A DNA stretch of 64,000 nt. Source: an uncultured Verrucomicrobiae bacterium. GTDB taxonomy: Bacteria; Verrucomicrobiota; Verrucomicrobiia; Limisphaerales; Palsa-1400. Made by a program: the position numbers and the translations under genes. The DNA lies in contig CAVPOM010000009.1 in assembly GCA_963707025.1 (NCBI GenBank), positions 320,085 to 384,084 on the forward strand. Reading direction: 5' to 3'. The notes beneath the pieces are model-generated. The model worked only from the letters and a program-made list of their open reading frames with translations. It was not told where the DNA came from and made no database searches. This document shows positions 8,545 through 19,240 of the stretch, one piece after another (position 1 is the first letter of the stretch; each line of letters opens with the position of its first letter).

Positions 8545-10517
8545 ATGAAGCCGCGTTTCCTCCTGCCCTTTTTCAGGCTGGCGCTGCTCGCCCTGGCCTT
8601 GGCCGCGGCGTCCAGCGCGCCCTCCCAGGAACCGGTCCCCGCCCCGGTCGAAATCACGATTGATGCCTCTCAAACCGGCGCGCCCATCAACCCGCATATT
8701 TACGGACAGTTTATCGAGCATATGGGCCGGTGCATCTATGGCGGCATCTGGGCGGAGATGCTGGAAGACCGCAAATTCTATTTTCCCGTGCCCGCTCCCG
8801 GAGCCATTTGGAAGCAGACCCGCGCCCAGGCCACCGTGCTGGCCGCTTCGCCCTGGAAAGTCATCGGGCCGCCGGGGACGGTGCAAATGGTGGAAAAGGA
8901 CGCCTGCGTTGGCCGGCATTCGCCGCACATCATGGCGCCCGGCGGGGGAGTCACGGTGGGGATCTATCAGGAGGACTTGGGATTGCTCACCAACAAGACC
9001 TACACCGGATACGTTGTCCTGGCGGGGGACGGCAAGGTGGCGCCCGTGACGGTCAGCCTGGCCTGGGGCGCGGGCAGCGCGAACCAGGCGGCGCAAACCA
9101 TCCGGCATGTCGGCTCCAAATTTGCCAGGGTGCCTTTCCACTTCACGGTGGGCGGCGCCAGCGACCACGGCCGCCTGGCCATCACCACTTCCGGACAGGG
9201 CACGCTCAAGATCGGCTGCGTCTCCCTCATGCCGGGCGACAATGTTGAAGGCTTCCGCAAGGACACGCTGGACCTGCTCAAGCAACTGGGCGGCACGATT
9301 TATCGCTGGCCAGGCGGCAATTTTGTCAGCGGTTATGACTGGCGCGACGGCGTGGGCGAGCGCGACCAACGGCCCCCCCGCGCCAACCCGGCCTGGGCCG
9401 GCCTGGAGCCAAACGACGTCGGCCTGGCCGAATTCGCGCGCTTTTGCGAGTTGATCGGCACCGAACCGATGATCGCTGTCAACACGGGTTTCGGCGACGC
9501 GTCTTCGGCGGCGGCGGAGGTCGAATATGCCAACGGCTCCACCGGCACGCCGATGGGGAAATGGCGCGCCCAAAACGGGCATCCCAAGCCCTTCGCCATC
9601 CAATGGTGGTGCGTGGGCAATGAAATGTGGGGCTCCTGGCAACTGGGCTACATGGCCTCCTCCCAATACGTCCTCAAACACAACTGGGTGGAGGAAAAAA
9701 TGCGCCGGGTGGATCCCACCATCCGGACCATCGCCAGCGGCAACCTCGGGGCCTGGAGCCGGGCCATGCTGACCAACTGCGCCGATCACATGAATTTGAT
9801 CAGCGAACATTTCTACGTCAACACCAACCTCCCCGACGTGGCCGCGCACATGCAACAAGCGCCCGCCCGCATCAAACGCATCGCCGAGGCCCACCGCCAA
9901 TACCGCCGCGAAATCCCCTCTCTCCAGGGCAGGGACATCCGCATCGCCCTGGATGAATGGAACTATGCTTACGGCCCTCATTTCTTCGGCGAGGGGGGCC
10001 GGCGCTTTTTCCTCGAAGACGCCCTGGGCATTGCCGCCGCGCTGCACGAGTGTTTCCGCAACAGCGACCTGATTGACATGGCCAATTACGCCCAGACCGT
10101 CAATGTCCTCGGCTGCGTCAAAACCACCAAAACGCGCGCCGAATTCGATGCCACCGCCTTTCCCCTCCTGCTCTATCGCGCCCAGTTCGGCACCCTCCCG
10201 CTGCCGGTGGAAAATCCGGCCGCGCCCGTGGACATTGCCGCGGCGCTGACCGGTGACAAAAAAACCCTGACCATCGGCGTGGTCAATCCCAAGGGCGCGG
10301 CGGTGGCGCTGACCTTGAACCTGAAATCGGCGCGGATAACCGGTTACGGGAAGGCCTGGCTGATTCTAGGCCGAATCCGCCCGACCCGCTGGCTTTCAAC
10401 CAGCCCGGCGAGAAGCGCCAAGTGGACCTGCATGAGTATCCGGCAAACCTGAACTGGCCCGTGACCGTTCCGGCCTATAGCATCGCCCTGTTCCGCTTCC
10501 CAGTGGCGCAGGATTAG
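8545..10517 (+). pseudogene. GH51 alpha-L-arabinofuranosidase with a signal peptide; one frameshift near 10370
   Basis: Motifs IYGQFIEHMGRCIYGGIW, RWPGGNFVSGYDWRDGVG and WCVGNEMWG. The C-terminus continues in another frame as PNPPDPLAFNQPGEKRQVDLHEY...SIALFRFPVAQD to TAG at 10515-10517. The start at 8545 (MKPRFLLPFF) gives a signal peptide. Confidence 0.8.
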
Positions 10518-11241
10518 GAAAATTGGGAACGCGAGTCAGGGGCACTAATGTCAGGATGTTGCAGATTGAATCTGGAGGGCTTAACACACGGACGGATGGT
10601 TGAATGAATAATTGTTGGCTGAGATCGCCATGGCAGCAAACCATTGTGAAAGGATGAAGAAATGAAACCTGTTCTGATCACGATGTTGCTCTGCTCTTTG
10701 ATTTGGTTGCCGGGTGTTACAAGGATCCCGCGCCGACGGCCCCGGGCGGCGGCCTGAAACAGCAAGTGCATCTCCCCCTCCGTGGCCTCAGTCGTCTCCT
10801 GTTCAAGACGCTTCTTCATTCTGCGTTTTGCAGTTCGATGGAAGTGGCGAACGGGCGGAGGGGAGCACGGGCGAAAAAAGCCATTTGGCGGCGGTCATAG
10901 TCCGCCGCTACAGGCGGTGGATGCAGGTTTCCGGTTGTCCGATTCCGGGTTATGGTCTATATTAGAAATGTGAGGTTCCGCTGTCCAAATTGTTTGCCGG
11001 GCGCGATCGCCATCGTGTCGTCCATTTTATTTCCCATCTGTTCATCCAGCCAGACCAACCAGACCAAATTCACCCGCCTGTGCGACGAAACCACCGCCAC
11101 GCCGCCCACGGAAAAAATGGCTCCGTCCGCGCCCGGTTTCAAAAACAACGGGACGGCCACGGCAGCCTCCGCCGGCGGCTACGGCCCCTTGAAGAGTGTT
11201 GGAGAGCCGGTTGGTTTACAAAAATGCAAGAGAGATTTTTT

Positions 11242-14127
11242 ATGACGACTGGCCAGCTCCATTCCCCCCCGGCGGCCCTGCCGTTGAGCGTTGCCCGGAA
11301 GGCAGAGGCAAACCAATTTTCGGGCGGCCGCCTCGCCGCCACGGCGCTGCTGGCGGCGTGCTGGCTTGGGTTTTCGCTGCCGGCCCAAGCGGCGCAACAG
11401 GTGCTCAAAGGCCATGTGCCGGCGATCACCAAACGGCTCGCGTCCATCGGCCCACTGGAGGGCAGCACGCGCCTGGACCTGGCAATCGGTTTGCCGTTGC
11501 GCAACCGCGAGAAACTGACCAACCTGCTGCAAGAGCTTTATCAGCCGTCGAATGCCAATTTTCGCCACTATTTGACCGCCGGCCAGTTCGCCTCCTCCTT
11601 TGGCCCCAGCCGGGAGGACTACCAGGCGGTGGCTGATTTCGCGAAGTCCCGCGGGCTGATCGTCAAAGGGACCCATCCCAACCGCACTTTGCTGGATGTC
11701 AGCGGGTCGGTCGCGGACATCGAGAAGGCCTTTCACATCAAGATGCGCGTCTATCAACACCCGGTTGAGAACCGCACTTTTTTCGCTCCGGATGTGGAAC
11801 CGTCGCTGGACCTGGATATTCCCGTGCTGGCCATCAGCGGCCTGGACAATTATGTGCGGCCGCGTCCACCGAAACACCGGTTGGGCGCGCAGGTCCACCC
11901 GGCGATCCGTCCGTTGGGCGGCGGCGGTGGCGGCGGCGGCGGGGGCGGCAACACCGGCCCCTTCGAGGGCTATGATTTCCGCAACGCTTACGCCGCCGGC
12001 GTTTCGCAGGACGGCACCGGACAGACGGTCGGGCTGTTTGAACTTTTCGGTTTCTCCGCCCAGGACATCCAGGACTTCGAAGACGAGGCCGGCATTTTTC
12101 CCTACGTCAACGTGCAACCGGTTCCGATTGACGGCGGCCCGGGCGATCCCGCGAACGTTGATTGGATTGATTACCCGGGTTACCTCGATTATTCCTTCGA
12201 GGTCACGGGAGACATTGAAATGGCGATTTCCATGGCGCCGGGGTTGACCAACGTGCTGGTCTATGAAGGTCCCACGCCGCTGGATGTGCCGCCCTTGGGG
12301 ATAAACTATATCCAAGATGCTGCAACGACTGCCCTAATCAACGATGTGCTTAACAGCATGGCCACGGATGACTTGGCCGAGCAACTGAGTTGCTCCTACG
12401 GGTTCGATATTAATCTCTCGACGGTGCAGATATTCCAACAATTTGCCGCGCAAGGTCAGAGCTTCTTTTTAGCCAGTGGCGATAGCGGCGCGTTTCCGGC
12501 AGCCATTGACGAACCGGCCGACGACCCCTATCTCACGGTGGTGGGCGGAACGACGTTGACAACCTCGAGTTCGGATGGCTCGTGGATGTCGGAAACCGCC
12601 TGGCTTACGCCGGCGGGTCCCGACGGCCTGGGTGGTACTACTCCGGAGCAGGCGACGGGCGGCGGTGTGAGTCTCGCTTACGGCATCCCGGCCTGGCAGC
12701 AGGGCATCAGCATGAGCGCCAACCAAGGCTCCACCACCATGCGCAACCTGCCGGACGTCTCCTCGGTGGCCAACAACATAACTATCGTGTGGGGCAACGA
12801 TTTTATTGGAGCCTCCTCTGACTGGCCGGAAGGGGGCACCAGCCTGGCTGCCCCCCTCTGGGCGGGTTTCATGGCGCTGGTCAACCAGCAGGCCGCCGCC
12901 AACGGCCAGCCCCCAATCGGCTTTGCCAATCCCGCCCTTTACGCCATTGGAAAGAGCACCAACTACCATTCCTGCTTTCACGACATTACGACTGGAAACA
13001 ACTTCAGTGCCAGCAGTCCAAGCAAGTACTCCGCGACGGCCGGGTATGACCTCTGCACCGGCTGGGGCACGATGATCGGCAGCAATCTGATGCCGGCGCT
13101 GCTGGCCCCTCCGGCGGAAAACCTGGTCGTCTCGCCGCCCGTGGGCTTTACCTCCGTCGGACCTGGCGGCGGGCCTTTTACGGTGGCTTCCCAAACTTAC
13201 ACCCTGACCAATATCGGCTCGACCCCATTGCATTGGAGCCTCGTCAACACCTCCCTTTGGCTCACCGTTTCCTCGACCGCCGGCACGCTCATGGCCCACG
13301 GCGCCTCGACTTGCACGGTCGGCCTCAATGCGGCGGCCAGCAATTTTTTGATCGGAAACTACAGCGGCAATGTTGCCATTCTTGACCTGACCGGCGGCAT
13401 GGCCCAAAACCGGCAATTTGATTTGTACGCGGGCAACGGCGGCTTTGAAAGCAGCGACTTCACCGACTGGAACTTTTCCGCCGACACCAACTATACGTTT
13501 GTCTTGAGCGCCGATGACACGGACGTGGGTGGAACCAACGCGTTGCCGGGCATATCCGATGGGCCATTCGTGCATGCAGGTCTTTATGGCGCCTACCTCG
13601 GACAGTATCCCACCAATGGTTCCCTCTCCCAAGCCGTGGCCACCAGGCCCGGTCAGGAATACCTGGTATCCTTTTGGTTGACAAGCGTTGCCGACAACCA
13701 CGGAGCGACGGCCCCGAACGACTTCGCCGCGCGCTGGAACGGCGCGACCCTCTACGCTCTGACCAACGGGGCCGCCTTCGCCTGGACCAACCTGCAATTC
13801 GCCGTTCCTGCCACCGCCGCCCGCACCACGCTGGAATTTGATTTCGAAAATGTCCCGGCGGCATTTGGCTTGGACGACATCAGCGTGGAAACCGTTCCCG
13901 CGCCGGTTTTGCAGTCAGTCGCCCTGGCCGGCGGCAACATCACGCTCACCTGGAGCGGTCTGGCCAACCTTTCCTATCAGGTTCAGGCGGCCAGCGATTT
14001 GATCAATCCCAACTGGACGAACATCCCCCCCGCCATAATCGCCCCCGGCAATTTGGTGAGCGCATCTGAGCCTGTGGGCAAGGCATCGCAGCAGTTTTAC
14101 CGGGTGGTACTGCTGCCGGCTCACTGA
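11242..14127 (+). CDS. Secreted S53 (sedolisin/kumamolisin-like) serine peptidase with a pro-domain, an 11-residue Gly run and additional C-terminal beta-rich domains
   Basis: Signal-like N-terminus, a pro-kumamolisin activation-domain-like block (RLDLAIGLPLRNREKLTNLLQELYQPSNANFRHYLT), and the catalytic-serine motif GGTSLAAPLWAG. The start was chosen at MTTGQL. Confidence 0.8.
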   Translation: MTTGQLHSPPAALPLSVARKAEANQFSGGRLAATALLAACWLGFSLPAQAAQQVLKGHVPAITKRLASIGPLEGSTRLDLAIGLPLRNREKLTNLLQELYQPSNANFRHYLTAGQFASSFGPSREDYQAVADFAKSRGLIVKGTHPNRTLLDVSGSVADIEKAFHIKMRVYQHPVENRTFFAPDVEPSLDLDIPVLAISGLDNYVRPRPPKHRLGAQVHPAIRPLGGGGGGGGGGGNTGPFEGYDFRNAYAAGVSQDGTGQTVGLFELFGFSAQDIQDFEDEAGIFPYVNVQPVPIDGGPGDPANVDWIDYPGYLDYSFEVTGDIEMAISMAPGLTNVLVYEGPTPLDVPPLGINYIQDAATTALINDVLNSMATDDLAEQLSCSYGFDINLSTVQIFQQFAAQGQSFFLASGDSGAFPAAIDEPADDPYLTVVGGTTLTTSSSDGSWMSETAWLTPAGPDGLGGTTPEQATGGGVSLAYGIPAWQQGISMSANQGSTTMRNLPDVSSVANNITIVWGNDFIGASSDWPEGGTSLAAPLWAGFMALVNQQAAANGQPPIGFANPALYAIGKSTNYHSCFHDITTGNNFSASSPSKYSATAGYDLCTGWGTMIGSNLMPALLAPPAENLVVSPPVGFTSVGPGGGPFTVASQTYTLTNIGSTPLHWSLVNTSLWLTVSSTAGTLMAHGASTCTVGLNAAASNFLIGNYSGNVAILDLTGGMAQNRQFDLYAGNGGFESSDFTDWNFSADTNYTFVLSADDTDVGGTNALPGISDGPFVHAGLYGAYLGQYPTNGSLSQAVATRPGQEYLVSFWLTSVADNHGATAPNDFAARWNGATLYALTNGAAFAWTNLQFAVPATAARTTLEFDFENVPAAFGLDDISVETVPAPVLQSVALAGGNITLTWSGLANLSYQVQAASDLINPNWTNIPPAIIAPGNLVSASEPVGKASQQFYRVVLLPAH

Positions 14128-14351
14128 GTAACGCCGTGGCAAAACGCGGTGATGGGATGAGGAGGACGAAGGACTGATTTTGCCCGCTCTTATTCTGAAT
14201 CCCGATTTCAACCTCTCATGACAAAGAATAAGATTAAGACCAGGATGAACATTGAGTGCGGGAACGGTCGCGCCGCCGCCGGAACTAGGGGGGCCGAATT
14301 TTTGCGTAAAAAGATGTTGACATATAGACAATAATGGGGTAAACAATCCCC

Positions 14352-14819
14352 ATGAAGAAAAATTCCGATGCCCCCGGCCCGCGCTACCGGGCCTTGCTCC
14401 AGATGTTGCGCACGGCGGACAACCTCTGGAACGCCAGCCGCGTCTTTTTTGGCCGCTGGGACCTCAGCCCCAGCCAGTTCAACGTCCTCAACCTCTTGCA
14501 CGGGGAACCGGCCGGGCTGAGCCAGATCGAGATCAGCCGCCTGCTCATCATGCACCGCTCCAACGCCACCGGCCTGATTGACCGCCTGGAGGAGAGGGGC
14601 CTGCTCCACCGCCGCGCCACCCCCGGCGACCGCCGCGCCTGGCGGGTGGTCCTGGCCCCCTCCGCGCGCCAATTGATTGGAGAAATTCTCCCCGGCTATT
14701 ACCGCCTGGCGGAGGAGGTTTGGGGCGATCTGCCCGTCGCCCGCGTCAGCCAGCTTCTGGCCGACTTGTCCCGCCTCGACGCCAATCTTGCCCGCCTCGA
14801 ACCCAAACTGGCCCCATGA
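14352..14819 (+). CDS. MarR family transcriptional regulator
   Basis: SPSQFNVLNLL...LSQIEISRLLIMHRSNATGLIDRLEERGLLHRRATPGDRRA is the MarR wHTH signature. Its stop overlaps the next gene's start (ATGA). Confidence 0.85.
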   Translation: MKKNSDAPGPRYRALLQMLRTADNLWNASRVFFGRWDLSPSQFNVLNLLHGEPAGLSQIEISRLLIMHRSNATGLIDRLEERGLLHRRATPGDRRAWRVVLAPSARQLIGEILPGYYRLAEEVWGDLPVARVSQLLADLSRLDANLARLEPKLAP

Positions 14820-16078
14820 ACCGCGCCCGCAATTATTTCCTGCTCTTGGCCAGCCAGTTCTGGAGCGCCTTCGGCGACAATTTCATTTTGATCGTGATCC
14901 TGGGGCCGATCATGACCCAATTCCAGGCCCGCCAAATCACCGCCCAGGCCCAGAGCATCGCCAACATCTATTACACTTGTCTGCTCTTCGTGCCCTACGT
15001 TCTGCTGGCGCCCCTGGCCGGTTACCTGAACGATCGCTTCGCCAAAAACCGCTGGTTGCTGGGCGGCAACGCCGTCAAATTGCTCGGCACGGGCCTGGTC
15101 GCCCTCGGCGTCCATTCTGCGCCGGTCTGGCAGGGCATCGGTTATTTCGTGGTCGGGATCGGGGCCTGCGTTTATTCGCCGGCCAAGTACGGCATCCTGC
15201 CGGAAATCCTCCCCGCGGAACGCCTGGTCAAAGCCAACGGCGCCATGGAATTTCTGACCTTGATCGGCATCCTCACCGGCAGCTTCTTCGGCTCGTTGGC
15301 GTTTGACCATTTGCCGTTGTCACGCTGCTACGCCATCGTGGGCGGCGTTTACGGGCTGTCGCTCGCGCTCAATCTCCTCATGTCCAAAACACCCTCCTAT
15401 CCCGAGGTGCGGTTGCGCCACAGCCTGGCCAGCTTTTTCCAAAATCTCGCCGCCCTGTTCTCGCAAAAGCGCCTGGCCCGCATCCTCGTCGGCACGGCCT
15501 TGTTTTGGATTTGCGGCGCGAGCATGAAGATGAACTTCCAGCCCTGGGGCCAGCAAATCCTCAAACTCGAATCCATGACGCAGATCAACCTCCTGGGCCT
15601 CTGGCTGAGCCTGGGCGTCATGGCCGGCAGCATTTTGGCCGGACAACTCTACCGCGTGGGCGATCTCCACGCCGCCCGCCGTCACGGCTGGCTGCTGGCC
15701 TGCGCGCTGGGCGCGCTCGCCCTGGTGGGCAGCCTGATGGACGCCGGCTTCAGCCAGGCCCGGCTCCTGGCCGTGGTCACATTAGTATTGACGGGTCTCT
15801 TTGCCGGGCTTTTTCTGATTCCGTTGAACGCCGCCTTGCAGGACGAGTCGCACAAGGACAAGCTGGGCAAGACCATTGCCACCCAGAACGGTTTTGAGAA
15901 CCTGGCCATGCTGGGCGGCGGCGTCACCGCCTTTTGCCAGGTCAAATCCGGATTCAATCCCTCGCAGCTTTTGCTGGCCCTGGCCCTTTTCGTGGCCCTC
16001 GTGGTCGTCTGGTTGAAAATCCCGGCCCGCCCGAACCTGGAGAATGACAAAAAACATGAAGGCATCACCGCCCATTAA
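14816..16078 (+). CDS. lplT: MFS lysophospholipid transporter LplT
   Basis: The N-terminus ASQFWSAFGDNFILIV matches the LplT signature AQFLSAFGDN. It has 12-TM-like hydrophobicity and lies upstream of aas, as in E. coli. Confidence 0.75.
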   Translation: MNRARNYFLLLASQFWSAFGDNFILIVILGPIMTQFQARQITAQAQSIANIYYTCLLFVPYVLLAPLAGYLNDRFAKNRWLLGGNAVKLLGTGLVALGVHSAPVWQGIGYFVVGIGACVYSPAKYGILPEILPAERLVKANGAMEFLTLIGILTGSFFGSLAFDHLPLSRCYAIVGGVYGLSLALNLLMSKTPSYPEVRLRHSLASFFQNLAALFSQKRLARILVGTALFWICGASMKMNFQPWGQQILKLESMTQINLLGLWLSLGVMAGSILAGQLYRVGDLHAARRHGWLLACALGALALVGSLMDAGFSQARLLAVVTLVLTGLFAGLFLIPLNAALQDESHKDKLGKTIATQNGFENLAMLGGGVTAFCQVKSGFNPSQLLLALALFVALVVVWLKIPARPNLENDKKHEGITAH

Positions 16079-16304
16079 AGAGATTGGGCTTGGGCGGGCT
16101 TTGCTCTGCGCCGCCGGCGCCGTCGCTTGCTTCAGCCTGGCCTATGCCTTCACCAGTTGCGAGTTTTTGATCGCCGGCTTTTTTGCCTGTCTGTTCCCGC
16201 TGGCCCGGTTGTCCGTGGCCGTGACGGCGGCGCTGATGGGATGGCTGGCTGTGGCCGCCCTCCGGAAAAGAATGGAAAATCGTGTTCACCTCTCCTCCCC
16301 ATGA
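16044..16304 (+). CDS. Small two-TM membrane protein, hypothetical
   Basis: The 86-aa ORF exactly fills the lplT-aas gap. Its stop overlaps the aas ATG (ATGA at 16301-16304), and it has two hydrophobic helices. No family was recognised. Confidence 0.35.
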   Translation: MTKNMKASPPIKEIGLGRALLCAAGAVACFSLAYAFTSCEFLIAGFFACLFPLARLSVAVTAALMGWLAVAALRKRMENRVHLSSP

Positions 16305-18445
16305 AAAACATTCTTCGCTTGATCCTGCGGTTGTTGTTTGGTTATCACGCCTTTAACACGGCCGCGCTGCAGGAGCCGGGGCCGCTCCTGCTCCTGCCCA
16401 ACCACGTCTCGTGGCTTGACTGGCTTTTTCTGGGCTGCTGCCTGGACGGGCGCTGGCGCTTCGTCGTCTCCGCCCAGGCCGCCCAGGTCAGTTTCGTCCA
16501 TCGCTTCATTATGATCAACCGCCTCACCTTCCCGGTGGACACCGATTCGCCCTACGCTGTCAAGCGCATGGCGGAACATTTGCAGGCCGGCGGAAAACTG
16601 GTCATCTTCCCTGAAGGCCGCCTCTCCCGCACCGGCGCCCTCATGAAACTGTTTGACGGCACCGGCTTCCTGCTGTTCAAAACCAACGCCAAAGTCATCA
16701 CCTGCTATTTGCGCGGCGCCCGCCGCCTCCCCTTCTCGCCCAATCCAAACCGGAAGAAATGGTTCGCCCGCGTCACCGCCCATTTCAGCGGCCTGTTGAC
16801 GCCGCCGCGCCTGACGGGCATGAGCACCGCGCGCGCCCGGCAAAAACTCACCCGCTGGCTCTACGACACCATGGTCCAACAGCAATTCGACGTCGAGCTG
16901 GCCGCCTCGCCCAAAAACGTCCTGGCCGCCATCCTGCAAACCGCGCGGCAGTTTCCCGGCGTCGTCGCGCTGGAAGATGTCACGCATAAAAAGCTGACTT
17001 ACCGGCGGCTCCTGGCCGGGGCGGACGCGCTGGCCGGCCAGTGGCGGCGGCAATGGCCCGGCGGCGGCCCGGCGCGCGTGGGCGTGCTGCTCCCCAGTTC
17101 CCTGGCCATGCCGGTCACCTTGCTCAGCCTGTGGCGGGCGCAAAAAATTCCGGCCATTCTCAACTTTTCCACCGGCGTCGCCACCATGCTGGCCTGCGCC
17201 CAACTGGCCGGGCTGAAACAAATCATCACCTCCAAAACTTTTCTGGAGCGGGCCAGATTAAACCTGCAAGTGCTTCAGGACGCCGGCCTGGAGTTGCTTT
17301 ATCTGGAAGACATCCGCGCCAAAATCTCGCGCGCCGCCCAATTCCGCTCCCTGCTGCGAGTGGTCTTCCGCCCGCAATCTTTGATCCCCGATCCCCGATT
17401 CGCCATCTTTGATCCGCCCTCCGAAGTGGCCCTGGTTCTTTTCACCAGCGGCTCGGAAGGCACGCCCAAGGGAGTGGAACTGACCCATGCCAACCTGGTG
17501 GCCAATGTCCGCCAATTGCTGGCGGTGCTGGATGTGACGGAGGCCGACCGCATTTTCAACTGCCTGCCCCTGTTTCACAGCTTTGGCATCGTCGCCACCA
17601 TCCTGCCTTTGATCCACGGCTGCTATGTTTTCCTCTATCCATCCCCGCTGCACTGCCGGGTGATTCCGACCTTGATCTACAACCTGGATTGCACCATTTT
17701 CATCGGCACCAACACCTTTCTCAACGGCTACGCCCGCAAGGCCAATCCGTTCGATTTCCGCTCCCTGCGCCTGCTCCTCGCCGCCGCCGAAAAACTCCAG
17801 GAAGCGACCGCCAGCGCCTGGGCGCGCCAGTTTGGCGTGCGGATTTTGGAAGGTTACGGCGCGACCGAATGCAGCCCCACCATCACGGTCAATACCCCGG
17901 TCCACCCGCGCTTTGGCACCGCCGGCCGGTTCCTGCCGGGCATCGAATACAAATTCGAGCCGGTGGAAGGCGTGGCCCAGGGCGGCCGCTTATGGGTGCG
18001 CGGCCCCAACCTCATGCGCGGCTATTTGAACCCGGAGGCCAATGAAAAATTCCTCGCCGGCCGCGGCTGGTACGACACCGGCGACATCGCCAGCGTGGAT
18101 GAAGACGGCTTCCTGCAAATCCTGGGCCGCCTCAAACGCTTCGCCAAAGTCAGCGGCGAAATGGTCAGCCTCACCGCCGCCGAAGAAGCCCTGGCCGGCG
18201 CCTTCCCGCAATATGGGTTGCGCTTTCAAGTCGCCGTCCTGGCCCGTCCCGACCCCGAGCGGGGCGAGTGCCTGGTCGCGGTGGCCAACGACCAGAGAGT
18301 GACCATGGACGAAATTCGCGCCGCCATCAGGGCCAGGGGCTTGAGCAACCTTTATGTGCCGCGCGAAATCAAATACACCCGCGAAATTCCCAAGCTGGGA
18401 ACCGGCAAATTGGACCATCGCGCCCTGCAAAAACTTGTCATGTAG
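16301..18445 (+). CDS. aas: Bifunctional 2-acylglycerophosphoethanolamine acyltransferase / acyl-ACP synthetase
   Basis: N-terminal PlsC-type HX4D motif (PNHVSWLDW) and FPEGR, followed by the AMP-binding motif LFTSGSEGTPKGV and a C-terminal adenylate-forming domain. Confidence 0.85.
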   Translation: MKNILRLILRLLFGYHAFNTAALQEPGPLLLLPNHVSWLDWLFLGCCLDGRWRFVVSAQAAQVSFVHRFIMINRLTFPVDTDSPYAVKRMAEHLQAGGKLVIFPEGRLSRTGALMKLFDGTGFLLFKTNAKVITCYLRGARRLPFSPNPNRKKWFARVTAHFSGLLTPPRLTGMSTARARQKLTRWLYDTMVQQQFDVELAASPKNVLAAILQTARQFPGVVALEDVTHKKLTYRRLLAGADALAGQWRRQWPGGGPARVGVLLPSSLAMPVTLLSLWRAQKIPAILNFSTGVATMLACAQLAGLKQIITSKTFLERARLNLQVLQDAGLELLYLEDIRAKISRAAQFRSLLRVVFRPQSLIPDPRFAIFDPPSEVALVLFTSGSEGTPKGVELTHANLVANVRQLLAVLDVTEADRIFNCLPLFHSFGIVATILPLIHGCYVFLYPSPLHCRVIPTLIYNLDCTIFIGTNTFLNGYARKANPFDFRSLRLLLAAAEKLQEATASAWARQFGVRILEGYGATECSPTITVNTPVHPRFGTAGRFLPGIEYKFEPVEGVAQGGRLWVRGPNLMRGYLNPEANEKFLAGRGWYDTGDIASVDEDGFLQILGRLKRFAKVSGEMVSLTAAEEALAGAFPQYGLRFQVAVLARPDPERGECLVAVANDQRVTMDEIRAAIRARGLSNLYVPREIKYTREIPKLGTGKLDHRALQKLVM

Positions 18446-18449
18446 ATTT

Positions 18450-19202
18450 ATGAATGCCGTTTTCCTCGCTTTTGTCCTTTGCGTCGCTCTGGCGCAACCA
18501 GTAAAGGCCGCGCCCGTGCCCGCCCAAAAACAGCCCGGCGCCCAAGCCGCGCCGCCGGATTGTGTCATCCTGATGCATGGATTGGGCCGGACTCCTCTGA
18601 GCATGAAGTGGCTGGAATGGACGCTGGAGCGGGCCGGCTACCAAGTCGTCAACTTGGGCTATCCGTCACGCCGGTTCAACGTCCAACGGCTGGCAGAAGA
18701 TTACCTGGACAAGGCCGTCGTTGCCCGGAGCCAGGCTGGGCGGATTCACTTTGTCACCCATTCCTTGGGGGGCATCGTGCTGCGAGACTATTTGGCCGGT
18801 CGTGCCATGACCAACCTCGGCCGCGTCGTCATGCTCGCGCCGCCCAATCACGGCAGCGAGCTGGCGGACCGCCTCAAGCAAAGCGCCCTGGGCCGCTGGA
18901 TTCTTGGTCCGGCCGGCTGCCAACTCGGCACCGGCGCGTCGGAATTGCCCGAGCGGCTGGGGCCGGCCCATTTCCAAGCCGGCGTGATCGCGGCGGATGG
19001 CCCGGTTCATCCCTGGTTTTATCGAGTCTTCTCCGGCCCCAACGACGGCAAAGTATCAGTGGAGAGCGCCAAACTGGACGGCATGGCTGATTTCCTGGTG
19101 GTGCCTGGCAGCCACACCTGGATCATGTGGCGCTCCGACACGGCACGCCAGGTTTTGGCCTTTTTGCAACACGGCCATTTCGCGCGGGACCAGCAACGGT
19201 AA
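18450..19202 (+). CDS. Secreted alpha/beta-hydrolase (lipase/esterase-like)
   Basis: Signal peptide MNAVFLAFVLCVALAQPVKA, the nucleophile elbow VTHSLGG, and an HG oxyanion motif (ILMHGLG). Confidence 0.75.
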   Translation: MNAVFLAFVLCVALAQPVKAAPVPAQKQPGAQAAPPDCVILMHGLGRTPLSMKWLEWTLERAGYQVVNLGYPSRRFNVQRLAEDYLDKAVVARSQAGRIHFVTHSLGGIVLRDYLAGRAMTNLGRVVMLAPPNHGSELADRLKQSALGRWILGPAGCQLGTGASELPERLGPAHFQAGVIAADGPVHPWFYRVFSGPNDGKVSVESAKLDGMADFLVVPGSHTWIMWRSDTARQVLAFLQHGHFARDQQR

Positions 19203-19240
19203 GCCCCAATTAGTGCGAATGGTCGAATGTTGATGTCGAG

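Noticed and set aside
8479-8556. The duplicated ATGAAGCCGCGT start motif (8479 and 8545) upstream of the GH51 gene.
   Set aside because: It is only a 12-nt repeat. The second copy gives a proper signal peptide, so the first is most simply an in-frame upstream ATG.
10518-11241. A possible small signal-peptide ORF (MKPVLITMLLCSLIWLPG..., from 10662) or a riboswitch in the 720-nt gap before the S53 peptidase gene.
   Set aside because: The ORF is 31 codons without support, and I could not recognise any known riboswitch structure.
14316-14351. A sigma-70-like TTGACA (14316-14321) and a GGGG-N8-CCCC dyad upstream of the MarR gene, as promoter and operator.
   Set aside because: The -10 candidate (TAAACA) is weak and the dyad is short. 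It is plausible but not supportable from sequence alone.
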